From Elusimicrobiota bacterium (lineage in GTDB: Bacteria > Elusimicrobiota > Elusimicrobia > UBA1565): DNA of 61,130 nt. The stretch's first letter is position 1. The number at the start of each line of letters is the position of its first letter. Location of the stretch: NCBI GenBank assembly GCA_043819795.1, contig JBDREN010000030.1, positions 1-61,130 of the forward strand. Reading direction: 5' to 3'. Below the pieces are notes generated by a model that worked only from the letters and a program-made list of their open reading frames with translations, made no database searches and was not told where the DNA came from. Shown piece after piece: positions 41,155-51,545 of the stretch. The translations under genes were made by a program, and so were the position numbers.

Positions 41155-42935
41155 TCCAGAATGATGCGGTAATCCTCCCATTGCAGGTGCGCGTCGCTCA
41201 CGATCCGGATCTCGCGGTGCACGTTCTTCTCGATGGCCGCCTGCTTCGCCCGGAAGGCGTCCGCCAGCTGCGGATGCAGCACGAGCCGGATCTGCCCGCC
41301 CGGCCTCCCTTGCGTCAGCTCGTAGATCTCGCGCTGGATCCTGATCCGCATGCTCTCAGCCGACAGCACGCGCCCGGAGCCGAAGCACTCGGGGCACTCG
41401 TCGGTCATCAGGCTCACCGTCGACTCGCGCCGGCGCTCGCGGGTCATCTCGATGAGCCCCAGGCGCGTGATCGGCAGGATGCGTATCTTCGCCCGATCGC
41501 GCTTGACGGCCCGCGCGAGGGATTCCATGACCTTCTGCCGGTTCGACTGCTTCCGCATGTCGATGAAGTCTATCACGATGATGCCCCCGATGTTCCGCAG
41601 GCGCAGCTGGTGCGCCACCTCCTGGGCGGCCTCGACGTTCGTGGTCGTGACGGTCTCCTCCTGGGACTTGGATCCCGTGAAGCGCCCCGTGTTCACATCG
41701 ATGGCGCAGAGGGACTCCGCCTCCTGGATAACGATCGTCCCGCCGCTCGGCAAGGAGACCTTCGTCTGGCGGATCTTCTCGATCTGCGATTCGATATTGA
41801 ACGCGGTGAAGATCGGAGTCTTACCGTCGTAGAGCCGGACCCGGTCCTTGAGCCCGGGGGAGATCTTGCCGATGAAGTCGATCACGCCCTCGTACGCGTC
41901 CTTGCTGTTGAGCAGGTAGACGTAGACCTCGTCGGTCAGCAGATCGCGCGCGACCTGCAGCGCCACGTCCAGGTCCTTATGGAGCAGGCAGGGCGCCGGA
42001 TGCGACTCGAAGCGGCGTTCGATCGCCTCCCAGGTCCGCATCAGATAGTTCGCCTCGCGCCGGAGCTCCTCGTTGCTGGCGCCCTCGGCCTCCGTCCGAA
42101 CGACGACGCCCTTGCCCTTGAGCGTGTCATGCAAAAAGCGGTCGACGATCTCGGAGATCCGCTTGCGCTCCGCCTGATTCTCGATATGCTTGGAGATCCC
42201 GACGAACTGCGCGAAGGGCGTGAAAACAAGATAGCGGCCGGGCAGGGTGACATCCATCGTGACCTTCGCCCCCTTCGTGCCGATCGCCTCCTTGGCCACC
42301 TGTATCATGACCTCCTGGCCCTTTTTGAGCGTCTGGTCGATCGGCTTTCGGGTGTCACCGAGCACGTCCGAGATGTAGAGGTAGGCGTTCTTCTCGAACC
42401 CGATGTTGATGAAGGCCGATGAGATGCCCGGAAGGACGTTTTCGACCTTCCCCTTATAGATATTGCCCACGATGCTCCGCGCGTCCCGCCGCTCCCAGAG
42501 CAGCTCCGCGAGCCGGTCGTTCTCCACGATCGCGACGCGCGTCTCCTCGAACGAGGTATTCACGTAGATCTCCCGGCGGAAGCCCTGCCCCCCGCCCGAT
42601 TCCTCGGGAGCGCCGCCGGCGGCGCGGGTCTTTCTCCCTCGATCGCGCTGATCCTTGTCTCCGCCGCCCTGGCGCTGCCCGTGCTCGGATCGTCTCCGGA
42701 GCCGCCCGCCCCGACCGCGTCCGCGTTCGGGGCCCCTTTCCCTCGGCGGGGCCCCGGGTTTCCCGGACCGGCCGTCCTTGTCCGGCTCATAGCGGGCCAG
42801 AGCCTCGGCCATGTTCATATCGCCGTCATCCGCGGGCGGGTCCTTCGGATTCAACGCCGCGGACTCGTCCACCTTCCCGCCTTCCTGCAGATCCTTTCGG
42901 TCCTCTTCCATGAAATCCTCCTGCCGCGCCGACAT
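41151..42935 (-). CDS. rne: Ribonuclease E/G family
   Basis: GNIYKGKV S1 domain, AIDVNTG, LRLRNIGGIIVIDFIDM, CPECFG; disordered N-terminus. Confidence 0.92.
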   Translation of the reverse strand: MSARQEDFMEEDRKDLQEGGKVDESAALNPKDPPADDGDMNMAEALARYEPDKDGRSGKPGAPPRERGPERGRGRGGRLRRRSEHGQRQGGGDKDQRDRGRKTRAAGGAPEESGGGQGFRREIYVNTSFEETRVAIVENDRLAELLWERRDARSIVGNIYKGKVENVLPGISSAFINIGFEKNAYLYISDVLGDTRKPIDQTLKKGQEVMIQVAKEAIGTKGAKVTMDVTLPGRYLVFTPFAQFVGISKHIENQAERKRISEIVDRFLHDTLKGKGVVVRTEAEGASNEELRREANYLMRTWEAIERRFESHPAPCLLHKDLDVALQVARDLLTDEVYVYLLNSKDAYEGVIDFIGKISPGLKDRVRLYDGKTPIFTAFNIESQIEKIRQTKVSLPSGGTIVIQEAESLCAIDVNTGRFTGSKSQEETVTTTNVEAAQEVAHQLRLRNIGGIIVIDFIDMRKQSNRQKVMESLARAVKRDRAKIRILPITRLGLIEMTRERRRESTVSLMTDECPECFGSGRVLSAESMRIRIQREIYELTQGRPGGQIRLVLHPQLADAFRAKQAAIEKNVHREIRIVSDAHLQWEDYRIILE

Positions 42936-42965
42936 CCTTGTCGATCGCGGAACGGACGTCGCCCG

Positions 42966-43769
42966 CTAGGGTGTCAACAGCTCGCCGCTCGACGTCTCCG
43001 AATAAAGCTCCTGCCGGACGATACGGAATCCCTCCAGCGGCTCGGACGGGCCCGCTGGCGCCGCGGACGCCGATGCGTCGACGCGCGGCCCCGGACTCGG
43101 GGCGGATGCGCCCTCTCCAGACGGAGCAGCGACGCCCGCAAGAGCGGGGGGACCCAGCCGCAGCCAGTCACGTACGAGGGCCTCCGGTTTCACCGTCTGC
43201 TTCGGGCCGAACCGCAGCGTCAGGCCCAGGCATCCGGGGGCCGTCAGCGCCATGTTCAGTATCAGCGGGCGGGCGTCCACGCGCTCCACCCGGGTCCCGC
43301 CTTTCTTGAGCTTCTCGATCACGATCTCCTCGCGCCGCAGGAAATCCTCGAGCGTCCCCGCTCCGTCATCCGGAAACACGCCGCGGATCTCGTAGCGCAC
43401 CACGTTGACGCTTGCGTCAAGAGAGGGAAAGAACAGCGGGATGCGCCGGACGCCCACCATCGAGAGGCCCGTCTGCAAGGCCGGAGCCAGCGCCGAAGAC
43501 ACCTGCTTCGGCGCGAGCGCCGCGTCGAGCAGCAGATCGAAATACTCTGCGAGGCTCTCATAGCCCACCGAGATCGCCGGCCCGAAAGCCAGTTTCGGCC
43601 GCGGCCGCCTCCGCCGCCGATCCATCACGATCGGCAGTCCCGAGGCGAGCAACGCTCGCCGCAGCGACTCGATCTGCGCGAGATGCGTCAGGCGCCTCGC
43701 CTCCCCCCGGCGCGCCAGGCGCGCCCGGTAGCGGATTCGAGACGGCTTCTGAGCCCGTCTTTCAATCAC
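42966..43769 (-). CDS. Radical SAM-linked protein (TIGR03936/DUF2344-like)
   Basis: LTHLAQIESLRRAL, PRPKLAFGPAISVGYES.AEYFD; usual position between rodA and rne. Confidence 0.8.
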   Translation of the reverse strand: MIERRAQKPSRIRYRARLARRGEARRLTHLAQIESLRRALLASGLPIVMDRRRRRPRPKLAFGPAISVGYESLAEYFDLLLDAALAPKQVSSALAPALQTGLSMVGVRRIPLFFPSLDASVNVVRYEIRGVFPDDGAGTLEDFLRREEIVIEKLKKGGTRVERVDARPLILNMALTAPGCLGLTLRFGPKQTVKPEALVRDWLRLGPPALAGVAAPSGEGASAPSPGPRVDASASAAPAGPSEPLEGFRIVRQELYSETSSGELLTP

Positions 43770-43966
43770 GTGCCGTCCAGTCCTCCTTCCAAAGCGCCGA
43801 ACCGATCATTCGCTCCGGCGCAAAAACGGTCGACCGCTCCCCAACAACGTCTGGAGGCGGGCCGCTTCTCAACAGCGTCTGGAAGCGGCATTCCCTCGGG
43901 GTAACCCTCGGTCACACTTCCTCGCGGTAACGCTCGGTCGGCCGATCCCCCGTCAATAGAACGCAT
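43766..43966 (-). CDS. Possible 66-aa repeat-derived linker ORF
   Basis: ATG just inside the rodA end; TGA overlaps next GTG; encodes DRALPRGSVTEGYPEGMPLPD. Confidence 0.3.
   Translation of the reverse strand: MRSIDGGSADRALPRGSVTEGYPEGMPLPDAVEKRPASRRCWGAVDRFCAGANDRFGALEGGLDGT
43828..43944 (-). repeat. Repeat family 1 copy between rodA and the radical SAM-linked gene
   Basis: GGCATTCCCTCGGGGTAACCCTCGGTCACACTTCCTCGCGGTAACGCTCGGTCGG. Confidence 0.92.
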
Positions 43967-45290
43967 AGCGCCTCGAGTAGATGTTCGCGACGATTCCCAT
44001 CGAGAGCAGGGTGACGGCCAGGTTCGAGCCCCCGTAGGACACCAACGGAAGGGGGACCCCGGCCACCGGGACAAGGCCAAGACACATCCCCACGTTGACC
44101 AGCAGGTAGAACGCCGAGATCGCGGCCACGCCGCAGCAGACAAGGTACCCGTAGCGGTCCCGCGCGACCCGCGCCGTGTTCACGACCCGCCACAGCAGCA
44201 GCATGTACAGCGCCAGGACGGACATTGACCCGACGAACCCCATCTCCTCGCCGATGACGGCGTAGATGAAGTCCGTGTGGCGCTCGGGCAGGAAGCCCAG
44301 TCGCGACTGCGTGCCCGAGAAGACCCCCTTCCCCCAGAGTCCGCCCGAGCCGATGGCGATCTGCGCCTGTTGGACGTTGTAAGCGGCGCCCCGCGGATCC
44401 ACCTCCGGCACCAAAAACGCGACGAACCGGGCGCGCTGGTAGCCCTTCAGCTGGTGGTCGACGAGCGCTCCCGACCCGAGCCCGACCGCCAGGATGATGG
44501 CCGTCACGACGAAGTAAGGGGCCGGGGCATGAACGCGCAGCTGCAGCGCCAGCCTCCAGGCGATATAGACGACGAAGAAGATGCCGGCCACCGTCAGAAG
44601 CAGTGGAAGATCGAACTCCCGCAGCCGCAGAAAGAACCCCAGCGTCGCGGACGAGGCCGTCCACTCTGGCCGCAGAGACAGAAGCGTCCATAATAGGGGC
44701 AAAAAAAGCGCCACGGCGCCGTACGCGGTCATAGCCAGCAGGTGCGCGATATTCGCCCCGCCGCAGAAGAGCATCACCAAGAGCATGGGGAAGAACGTGA
44801 GCGCCGAGGAGAAATCCGGCTCCAACAGGATGAGCGCCAGGACCGGCAGCACGACGCCGAAGGCCCCCAGAACGTAGCCCACCGTGCTCGAGGCTTTTGC
44901 GCGGCGGTCGAGATAGGCCGCGAGGACGAGGATCATCACGATACGCGCGAACTCGGAGGGCTGAAAGGAGAAGTACGGGGACCGCAGCCATCCACGCGTC
45001 CCGCGCTGGACGTCCCCGACCAGGAGCACCAGAACCATGAGCCCGAGAGCAAGGATATAGAGGGTCTTCGACTGGTCCTGGAATATCTGGTAGTTGAAGC
45101 CCAGCCCAAAAACGAACAGCACGGTCCCGGCCCCGAGGGCGAGAAAATGGCGCTGCAGGATCTGCGAATAGTACGGCAACGGCGAGGCGGCCGACAGCAT
45201 GGCCACGCTCCCGACCAGGACAAGGCCCACGATAGCGCCCACGAGGGGCCAGTCGATGCGGCCGCGGAAGAGACCATGCTCCGATTTCAC
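43953..45290 (-). CDS. rodA: Rod shape-determining SEDS glycosyltransferase
   Basis: FQPSEF, EPDF, QIAIGSGG, LPERHTDFI, PLVSYGGS. Confidence 0.95.
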   Translation of the reverse strand: MKSEHGLFRGRIDWPLVGAIVGLVLVGSVAMLSAASPLPYYSQILQRHFLALGAGTVLFVFGLGFNYQIFQDQSKTLYILALGLMVLVLLVGDVQRGTRGWLRSPYFSFQPSEFARIVMILVLAAYLDRRAKASSTVGYVLGAFGVVLPVLALILLEPDFSSALTFFPMLLVMLFCGGANIAHLLAMTAYGAVALFLPLLWTLLSLRPEWTASSATLGFFLRLREFDLPLLLTVAGIFFVVYIAWRLALQLRVHAPAPYFVVTAIILAVGLGSGALVDHQLKGYQRARFVAFLVPEVDPRGAAYNVQQAQIAIGSGGLWGKGVFSGTQSRLGFLPERHTDFIYAVIGEEMGFVGSMSVLALYMLLLWRVVNTARVARDRYGYLVCCGVAAISAFYLLVNVGMCLGLVPVAGVPLPLVSYGGSNLAVTLLSMGIVANIYSRRYAFY

Positions 45291-47677
45291 TCTTGTTCTC
45301 CCGCGATGAGCGGCGTCTCCGGATCCGCGACGCCCCGCCGGCCGGCGTCCGGAGCCGGGGACTCGTTACGGGCCCGCCGTTCGAGGGGGCCGATCGGTCC
45401 CGAGGCCGTCCCGGGGCCGGGCCCGCTTCTCGGCTCGCCCCCCCCGCGCGGGGACGAAGCTTGTATGGAAGACTCCGCAAGAAGCTCGACAGCCCCCCGG
45501 GCCGCTCCCAAAGCCTCGGAGGCGGCACTTCCTCGGGGTAACCCTCGGTCGGCCGCTCCCAAAGCCTCGGAGGCGGCACTTCCTCGGGGTAACCCTCGGT
45601 CGGCCGCTCCCAAAGCCTCGGAGGCGGGCCGCTCGCCGACAATGTCCGGAGGCGGCATTCCCTCGGCCGTACCCACGGCCTCGGTTGCGGGTCGCTCCCC
45701 GACGACGTCTGGAGCCGACATTCCCTCGCCGGAAGGCTCGGTCACATTTCCTCGGGGTAACCCTCGGTCGGCCGCTCCCAAAGCCTCGGAGGCGGGCCGC
45801 TCGCCGACAACGTCCGGAGGCGGCATTCCCTCGCTGGAACGCTCGGTCACACTTCCTCGGGGTAACCCTCGGTCGGCCGTTGCTTGGTCCGGCCGGGAAC
45901 GGGGCGGTCTGCGGGCTGAAGTCAGGTTAAACGCCGCCTCGATGGCGCGTCGAGCGATAGGCCCGGCCGCCGAGGAGCCATGCCCGCCGTGCTCGACCAG
46001 GACGCTCACTGAGAAGCTGGGCTCCTCACCCTCCCGCCCCGCGAAAGCGACGAACCAGGCATGGTCCTCCCCGAGGGGGTTCTGGGAGGTGCCCGTCTTC
46101 CCATGGACGGCAAGGCCGGGTATATTCACCCTCCGGCCGGTCCCGTCCGTCACCACGCTCCGGAGGGCCCCGTGCAGAGCCTCCCACGTATCCGCGCGCA
46201 ACGCGACATGCCCCACCGCCTCGCCGCGATCCAGCGAGACGGTCCGCCCGTTGGGGTATTCCAGCTTGCTGGCGTAATAGGGGCGCCAGAAGGTCCCTCG
46301 ATTGGCGACGGCCGCGATCACGACCGCCATCTGTATCGGCGTCGCGAGAAGCTCTCCCTGGCCGATCGAGAGGTTCGCGGTGTCCCCGTCGTACCACCCG
46401 CGGTTGCGGGCCCGGCGAGCCTCGGGCCCGAAAAGATTCCCATCCTTCTCTCCGATAAGATCGATCCCCGTCTTGGCCCCGAGACGAAAGCGCCGGGCAT
46501 AGGACTCGATGAGGTCTCCCCCGGCGCGCAGGCCCATCTCATAGAAATATACGTCGCAGGAGTGCGTCAGCCCCTTCATCCACGCCACCCACCCGTGTCC
46601 CTTCTTCTGCCAGCACCGGAACGTGCGCCTGCCCAACCGGAACCACCCGCGGCAGAAAACCCGGTCCTCCGGCCGGACCCGCCGTTCTTCGAGCATCGCG
46701 GCGCCCACGATGATCTTGAACGTCGAGCCCGGGGAATACGTCCCCGAGATCGCCCGGTTGAACTCCGGCAGATTCGTGAGCTCGCTCTTCGCCCCGCCCC
46801 ATTCCGGCAGAAGAAATAAGTTCGGGTCATAGTCGGGCACGGACGCCAAAGCCAGGATCGAGCCATCACGCGGATCCAGGGCGACAACGGCGCCGCGCCC
46901 CGACGGCGAGTTCCGCAAGCCCTCCTCGACCGCCTCCTGGACGCGCGGATCGAGAGTGAGGTGAACATTGCCTCCGGGCTTCCAGGGGATCTGGCCGAGC
47001 TTCCGCTTGAGGTGTCCCTGGGCGTTCACCTCCATGCGGCTCTCTCCGTCGACGCCCCGCAGCACGGACTCATAGCGCTTCTCGAGCCCCGACTGCCCGA
47101 TCCACGAGTCCACCCGGTAACCGCCGCCCTTGAGCCGGCGCCAGCTCCGCTTGTCCATCTTGCCCAAATAGCCCAAAAGGTGTCCGGCGAACGCGCCTTT
47201 CGGATAGTAACGCCGCGCCTCCACGATCAGGTCCACGCCCGGATAGACGGTCTTGAGCTCCGACAACTTGAACATCGTCTTCAACGGAAGGCTCTCCGCC
47301 AAGTGGATGGCCGACCCTTCGCGCCGCGCCTCCTTCAGCAGCTCCAGCAGTCCATCCCGATCCCGGCGCAGCTCCTTCGACAGGCCTGCGGCCAGACCGC
47401 TCAGATGGGACGGGCCTTTGGCCTCGCCCGGCAGATAGATCAGCGAGAACGTCGGCCGGTTCGTCGCGATGACCCCCCCGTTGCGGTCGTAGATGCGCCC
47501 GCGCGGAGCCGTCTGCGGGATGATCTGAGTGCGGTTGCTTTCGGCCACTTGGGAATAGTAGACGTTCCTGATCACCTGGACGTGCAGCAGCCGCACGCCC
47601 AGGACGGCCACCGCGCAGTAGCAGACGACCCACAACAGGTTCAACCGCTCGTGAAGCGGGCCGCGCGCCGGTCTCAT
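45287..47677 (-). CDS. mrdA: Penicillin-binding protein 2 with repeat-derived C-terminal tail
   Basis: APRGRIYDRNG, STFK, SCD, KTGT; mreBCD-rodA synteny. Confidence 0.95.
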   Translation of the reverse strand: MRPARGPLHERLNLLWVVCYCAVAVLGVRLLHVQVIRNVYYSQVAESNRTQIIPQTAPRGRIYDRNGGVIATNRPTFSLIYLPGEAKGPSHLSGLAAGLSKELRRDRDGLLELLKEARREGSAIHLAESLPLKTMFKLSELKTVYPGVDLIVEARRYYPKGAFAGHLLGYLGKMDKRSWRRLKGGGYRVDSWIGQSGLEKRYESVLRGVDGESRMEVNAQGHLKRKLGQIPWKPGGNVHLTLDPRVQEAVEEGLRNSPSGRGAVVALDPRDGSILALASVPDYDPNLFLLPEWGGAKSELTNLPEFNRAISGTYSPGSTFKIIVGAAMLEERRVRPEDRVFCRGWFRLGRRTFRCWQKKGHGWVAWMKGLTHSCDVYFYEMGLRAGGDLIESYARRFRLGAKTGIDLIGEKDGNLFGPEARRARNRGWYDGDTANLSIGQGELLATPIQMAVVIAAVANRGTFWRPYYASKLEYPNGRTVSLDRGEAVGHVALRADTWEALHGALRSVVTDGTGRRVNIPGLAVHGKTGTSQNPLGEDHAWFVAFAGREGEEPSFSVSVLVEHGGHGSSAAGPIARRAIEAAFNLTSARRPPRSRPDQATADRGLPRGSVTERSSEGMPPPDVVGERPASEALGAADRGLPRGNVTEPSGEGMSAPDVVGERPATEAVGTAEGMPPPDIVGERPASEALGAADRGLPRGSAASEALGAADRGLPRGSAASEALGAARGAVELLAESSIQASSPRGGGEPRSGPGPGTASGPIGPLERRARNESPAPDAGRRGVADPETPLIAGEQE
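45500..45880 (-). repeat. Repeat family 1, largest array (two exact 51-bp units plus shuffled modules)
   Basis: GGCCGCTCCCAAAGCCTCGGAGGCGGCACTTCCTCGGGGTAACCCTCGGTC at 45500 and 45551, then further modules. Confidence 0.97.
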
Positions 47678-48144
47678 AATCGCATCGATCTTCTGACGAA
47701 AGCGAAGCCGAACGGACATACCAGAGAATTGTACAGCGGGTCCGCCAAGAAGGCTTTCCAGCCCACCCAGAGGAAGGTGCGCTCAAAGACGAGCCCGGCG
47801 AAGCCGAGGAACAGGAGGTACGCCGGCGTCAGGACCATCACGAACACGATCTGCGACGGCGCGCTCGCGACGTCCATTTGGCGACGCAGCATCCCGATGA
47901 AGTAGCCGACGAGCGTCAGCCCAAGCGCGTTCGCTCCGAAGACATGCGCGCTCAAGACATCGAGGAACAGCCCCCAAGCGAACCCGAAGCATTGACCCGC
48001 CACCGGTCCGCTGCTCGACGCGACCGCGATCGTCAGGATCAGAAGCACCTGGGGGGCGAGCCCGAAGAGAGGGAAATACGTGGACCACAGCCAGTGGGCC
48101 AGTATCCCGACGAAGAAGACGAAGGCTCCACCCAGATACCTCAT
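47674..48144 (-). CDS. mreD: Rod shape-determining protein MreD
   Basis: Hydrophobic, GFAWGLFLD; synteny. Confidence 0.88.
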   Translation of the reverse strand: MRYLGGAFVFFVGILAHWLWSTYFPLFGLAPQVLLILTIAVASSSGPVAGQCFGFAWGLFLDVLSAHVFGANALGLTLVGYFIGMLRRQMDVASAPSQIVFVMVLTPAYLLFLGFAGLVFERTFLWVGWKAFLADPLYNSLVCPFGFAFVRRSMRL

Positions 48145-49034
48145 CTGGCCTCCTCGATCGCGGGCTCGAGGATCATCACCTCCCTGAGCTTCGAGGCGGA
48201 GACGGTCGGCGTCACCTCGAGCGACTTGAAGGCCAGAAACGGGTCCTGCTTGAATTCCCGGGAGATCGTCCCGATCGGGATGTCCTGCGGGAACGTGGCG
48301 CTTGTCGGGGAAGTATAGACGGTCTCTCCCATGGAGAACTGCGCCTCGACCGGAAGGTAGTCCATCCGCAGCCTGAAGCCGCCTTGCCCCTGGATCAGGC
48401 CTTCCCAGGCCTCCGCCGGAAGATACGCGGCGACGGCGGACAGTTCGTCAGTTATCAGCCGGACGGTCGAGACGCGCGCTCCCACCGCGGTGACCCGGCC
48501 GACTACCCCCAGCTCCGCGCCGACGCTCCCGTCCGCGGAGACGGAGCCGTCCGATCGCCCTCCCCCCGAAGCTCCCGGGGCCCTCAGCCCGAGCACCGGG
48601 GCGTTGATCCGCACGCCGTCCTCCGAACCGGCATCGACCATCACCGAGCGATGCCAGTTGAGCGGATCCCGCTCCATGACCCGCGCCCACCGCACGACGC
48701 GCCCGCCCGCTGGCTTGATCCCCACGGCGGTGCGCAGCCGCTCGATCTCGCGGCGCAGCGACTCGGCCTCGGCCCGCACGAGCGCCGCCTCCTTGAGCTC
48801 CGTGCGCGCCTCCTGCAGCCGGATGTCCGCCGAGATCAGGCGCGCGGCTCGGGCCGGCAGATGCACGAGACGTTCGACGCCCCGGCTGCCGAGGAACGGG
48901 ATGGGGTCCAGGAGATAGGCGGCGCAGGCATGAAAGGCCCGCACCTTCCCCGTCAAAGGCAGGCAAAGGAGCACGATAGATAAGACGCTGAACGTAAGCA
49001 GCAGATAGTTCGCAACCCGCTTGTCGCGGTTCAT
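48141..49034 (-). CDS. mreC: Rod shape-determining protein MreC
   Basis: TM plus coiled coil, VDAGSEDGV, GVVGRV, FPQDIPIG; synteny. Confidence 0.9.
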   Translation of the reverse strand: MNRDKRVANYLLLTFSVLSIVLLCLPLTGKVRAFHACAAYLLDPIPFLGSRGVERLVHLPARAARLISADIRLQEARTELKEAALVRAEAESLRREIERLRTAVGIKPAGGRVVRWARVMERDPLNWHRSVMVDAGSEDGVRINAPVLGLRAPGASGGGRSDGSVSADGSVGAELGVVGRVTAVGARVSTVRLITDELSAVAAYLPAEAWEGLIQGQGGFRLRMDYLPVEAQFSMGETVYTSPTSATFPQDIPIGTISREFKQDPFLAFKSLEVTPTVSASKLREVMILEPAIEEAR

Positions 49035-49085
49035 CGCGCCCGCCAGGGAGGAGAGCCTCGGCAGGGCTCGCGGAAGAGCGGCGCG

Positions 49086-50135
<1,050 letters not shown>

Positions 50136-50148
50136 GTCTTGGGCCCGA

Positions 50149-50493
50149 TTATTGTACCAAGCGGATGAGCCCCTGCGGGGCGTTGTCGCCCGTCCGTCGC
50201 TCGAGACGCAGAATCTGCGTATACCCGCCGGGCCGGTCCTGATAGCGCCGCGCAAGGACGTCGAAGAGCTTCTTGTACGCGCCCTTGTCGTGGATCACCC
50301 TCCGGACTTGGCGGTGGTTGCCGCGCTTGGCCTGGGTGATGACCTTTTCCGCGAAAGGCCTTAGTTCTTTGGCCTTGGTGATCGTCGTCGTCACTCGCTC
50401 GCTCAGGATCAGGCTCGTCGCCATGTTGCGGAGCGTTGCCCGCCGGTGCGACGCCGTCCTGCCGAGCTTGTTCCCCCCGAGATTCTTGATCAT
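50149..50493 (-). CDS. rplQ: 50S ribosomal protein L17
   Basis: [17 protein letters not shown]. Confidence 0.96.
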   Translation of the reverse strand: MIKNLGGNKLGRTASHRRATLRNMATSLILSERVTTTITKAKELRPFAEKVITQAKRGNHRQVRRVIHDKGAYKKLFDVLARRYQDRPGGYTQILRLERRTGDNAPQGLIRLVQ

Positions 50494-50494
50494 A

Positions 50495-51499
50495 TCATAC
50501 CTGCATGCCGAGAGTGAGCCCCATATCCTTCAGCCGGTCCTTGATCTCGTCCAGGGACTTCTTCCCGAAGTTCTTCACCGCCAACAGCTCCTCCTCACGC
50601 CGCGTCACGAGCTCCCGCATCGTCTTGATGCGCGCCACTTTCAGGCAATTGGAGGCGCGGCTCGAGAGCTCGATCATGTCGACCGGCTGGCTCAAGACGT
50701 CGCGAAGCCGCGCGTCCAGCCCGCTGTCGCCCCCCCCGTCCACGCCTTCCGATCCGGCCTCGTATTGTTCGGCCCCCGGTTGTTGCTCGGCGGCATCCTC
50801 CTCGGGGATGAATATCTTCAGCGACTCGCGCAGCAGCTTCGAGGACCGGATCATCGCGTCGGCGGGACTGATCGATCCGTCGGTCCAGACCTCAAGGATA
50901 AGGCGGTCATAGTCCGTCACCTGCCCCACACGCGCGTTCTCGACGTCATAATGGACCTTGGCGACGGGGGAGAACAGCGCGTCCACCGGCAGGAAGCCGG
51001 CCGGCCAGTTCGCCTGCTCCTGGATCTCCTCCGCCGGAACGTAGCCCCGGCCGCGGGAGACCTCGATCTCCATGTCCAGCTTGCCGCCCGGCTCCATCGT
51101 CGCGATCACCAGGTCCGTGTTGATGACCTCGACGTTCGCGTTCTCCTGGATCAGCTCCGCCGTGACGGGCCCCTCCTTCTTCGCGGCCAGATAGATCGTC
51201 TCCGGCTCGTTCGAGAAGAGCTTGACTCGGAGCTTCTTGAGGTTCAGCAGGATGTTCATCACATCCTCGCGAACCCCGGTCAACGCCTGATACTCGTGCC
51301 GCGCCCCCTCGATGCGGACGCCGGTCACCGCCGCCCCCTCGAGGCTCGACAGCAGCACACGGCGCAGCGAATTGCCGACCGTGTGTCCATAGCCACGCTC
51401 GTAGGGCTCGGCCACGAACTTCGCGTAGCCTTCGGATATCGTCTTCTCGTCGACCGCAAGCTTCTGAGGCAGAATGAGTTCCTTGTAGATCACGTGCAT
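50495..51499 (-). CDS. rpoA: RNA polymerase alpha subunit
   Basis: ERGYGHTVGNSLRRVLLSS, KNFGKKSL. Confidence 0.97.
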   Translation of the reverse strand: MHVIYKELILPQKLAVDEKTISEGYAKFVAEPYERGYGHTVGNSLRRVLLSSLEGAAVTGVRIEGARHEYQALTGVREDVMNILLNLKKLRVKLFSNEPETIYLAAKKEGPVTAELIQENANVEVINTDLVIATMEPGGKLDMEIEVSRGRGYVPAEEIQEQANWPAGFLPVDALFSPVAKVHYDVENARVGQVTDYDRLILEVWTDGSISPADAMIRSSKLLRESLKIFIPEEDAAEQQPGAEQYEAGSEGVDGGGDSGLDARLRDVLSQPVDMIELSSRASNCLKVARIKTMRELVTRREEELLAVKNFGKKSLDEIKDRLKDMGLTLGMQV

Positions 51500-51545
51500 C
51501 CTCCTGGAGCCGGCACTCCTTCGGGAGGTGCCGGAAGATCGTTCG

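Noticed and set aside
45500..45880. Possible CRISPR array
   Set aside because: Units are contiguous or separated by other repeat modules, with no unique spacers; the array is in frame in mrdA and no cas genes are present
51509..51535. Hairpin between rpsD and rpoA as a repeat-family member
   Set aside because: Ordinary single operon-internal stem-loop with no real match to either family
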